DNA of 64,000 nucleotides from Bdellovibrionales bacterium (GTDB lineage Bacteria; Bdellovibrionota; Bdellovibrionia; Bdellovibrionales; UBA1609): NCBI GenBank assembly GCA_965203095.1, contig OZ241877.1, positions 224,001 to 288,000 of the forward strand, read 5' to 3'. Shown piece by piece: positions 63,480 to 64,000 of this stretch (position 1 is its first letter; each line of letters starts with the position of its first letter). The notes under the pieces were generated by a model. It saw only the letters and a program-made list of their open reading frames with translations, ran no database searches and was not told where the DNA came from. The position numbers and the translations under genes were made by a program.

Positions 63480-63815
63480 TATCGCATAAGCAAAAGCCAG
63501 CGGTGAGGGTCCAAGGTATTCCCGTCCCGAACAAGCTGGACTTTTGCTTATGCGATCTATTTAAATGTAGACTTTTTCACGGGCGACTATTTAGTCGCCA
63601 ATGCAAAAGTCTTTTGCCAACCATTTTCACTTTCTGTTTTTTTAGAGTCCATCTTGTGAAAAACTATCTTTTTAACTATTTTTGTCCAAAGACCACAACA
63701 TGAAGTCCCAAGGTATTGTTATACCGAAATGCATGTGGCTTTTGGATAAAGAAATTGAAGAATAATGCTTTCTAATAATGTTTTTCACCGGCGACTATTT
63801 AGTTGCCCGTGAAAT
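63480..63815. mobile_element. Cluster of abutting MITE-like family A elements
   Basis: GGGCGACTA-TT-TAGTCGCC at 63581-63599 and GGCGACTA-TT-TAGTTGCCCGTGAAA at 63790-63814. Confidence 0.7.
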
Positions 63816-63852
63816 TATAGTATAAGCCATCCTTGATGCTTTATGAAAAAAA

Positions 63853-63999
63853 TCAGGCTGTCATCTTCCCTATAAAAAGACTTTTAGGGAAGTTGAATTT
63901 GTTGTCCTCTATTTCCTGCATAAAGGAAGGCAAAACCCCTACAGGCTCAATTTTGCCCAATAGCTTTCCGTCCGCCTGTTTCACAAGCCGTCTCAACTC
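63853..63999 (-). CDS. 3' end of a gene, possibly CpaF/TadA pilus ATPase (partial)
   Basis: ELRRLVKQADGKLLGKIEPVGVLPSFMQEIEDNKFNFPKSLF resembles CpaF C-termini. Confidence 0.45.
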   Translation of the reverse strand, partial: ELRRLVKQADGKLLGKIEPVGVLPSFMQEIEDNKFNFPKSLFIGKMTA

Positions 64000-64000
64000 A

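Noticed and set aside
63452..63703. 83-aa ORF, and similar ORFs at 23027-23209, 48091-48285, 60259-60486
   Set aside because: Translations of repeat elements, no SD or protein-like composition

Overview
AT-rich bacterial chromosomal segment, inferred to be Bdellovibrionota-like (DgcB-type FHA-GGDEF cyclase, many secreted Cys-rich proteins and lipoproteins, CpaF-like tail); secreted ankyrin and pentapeptide proteins hint at a host-associated lifestyle. Mostly shuffled housekeeping genes (greA, sohB, guaB, epmA, trhO, tuf, rpmG, rlmB, scoAB, sodB, hisS, pepP, gpmA, fadD, oppAB), five tRNAs, a 23S-5S unit with its own promoter and no 16S, and a six-gene TtpC-type TonB system. Main observations: (1) a signal-peptide protein carrying an RNA polymerase alpha-CTD-like domain with its DNA-binding residues replaced; (2) next to it, a ~75-nt hairpin RNA gene with its own promoter and terminator; (3) 23S rRNA with G2058 and an A2057-U2611 pair; (4) a ~1048-aa secreted HEXXH protease gene split by an A8 frameshift and an amber codon, under a sigma28-like promoter and bracketed by exact 24-bp inverted repeats; (5) two dispersed heptad-repeat cassettes sharing a ~160-bp upstream block; (6) modular MITE-like repeat families; (7) a nuclease-less Rpn remnant that keeps its internal RpnS start. 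All calls are by eye; no searches were run.
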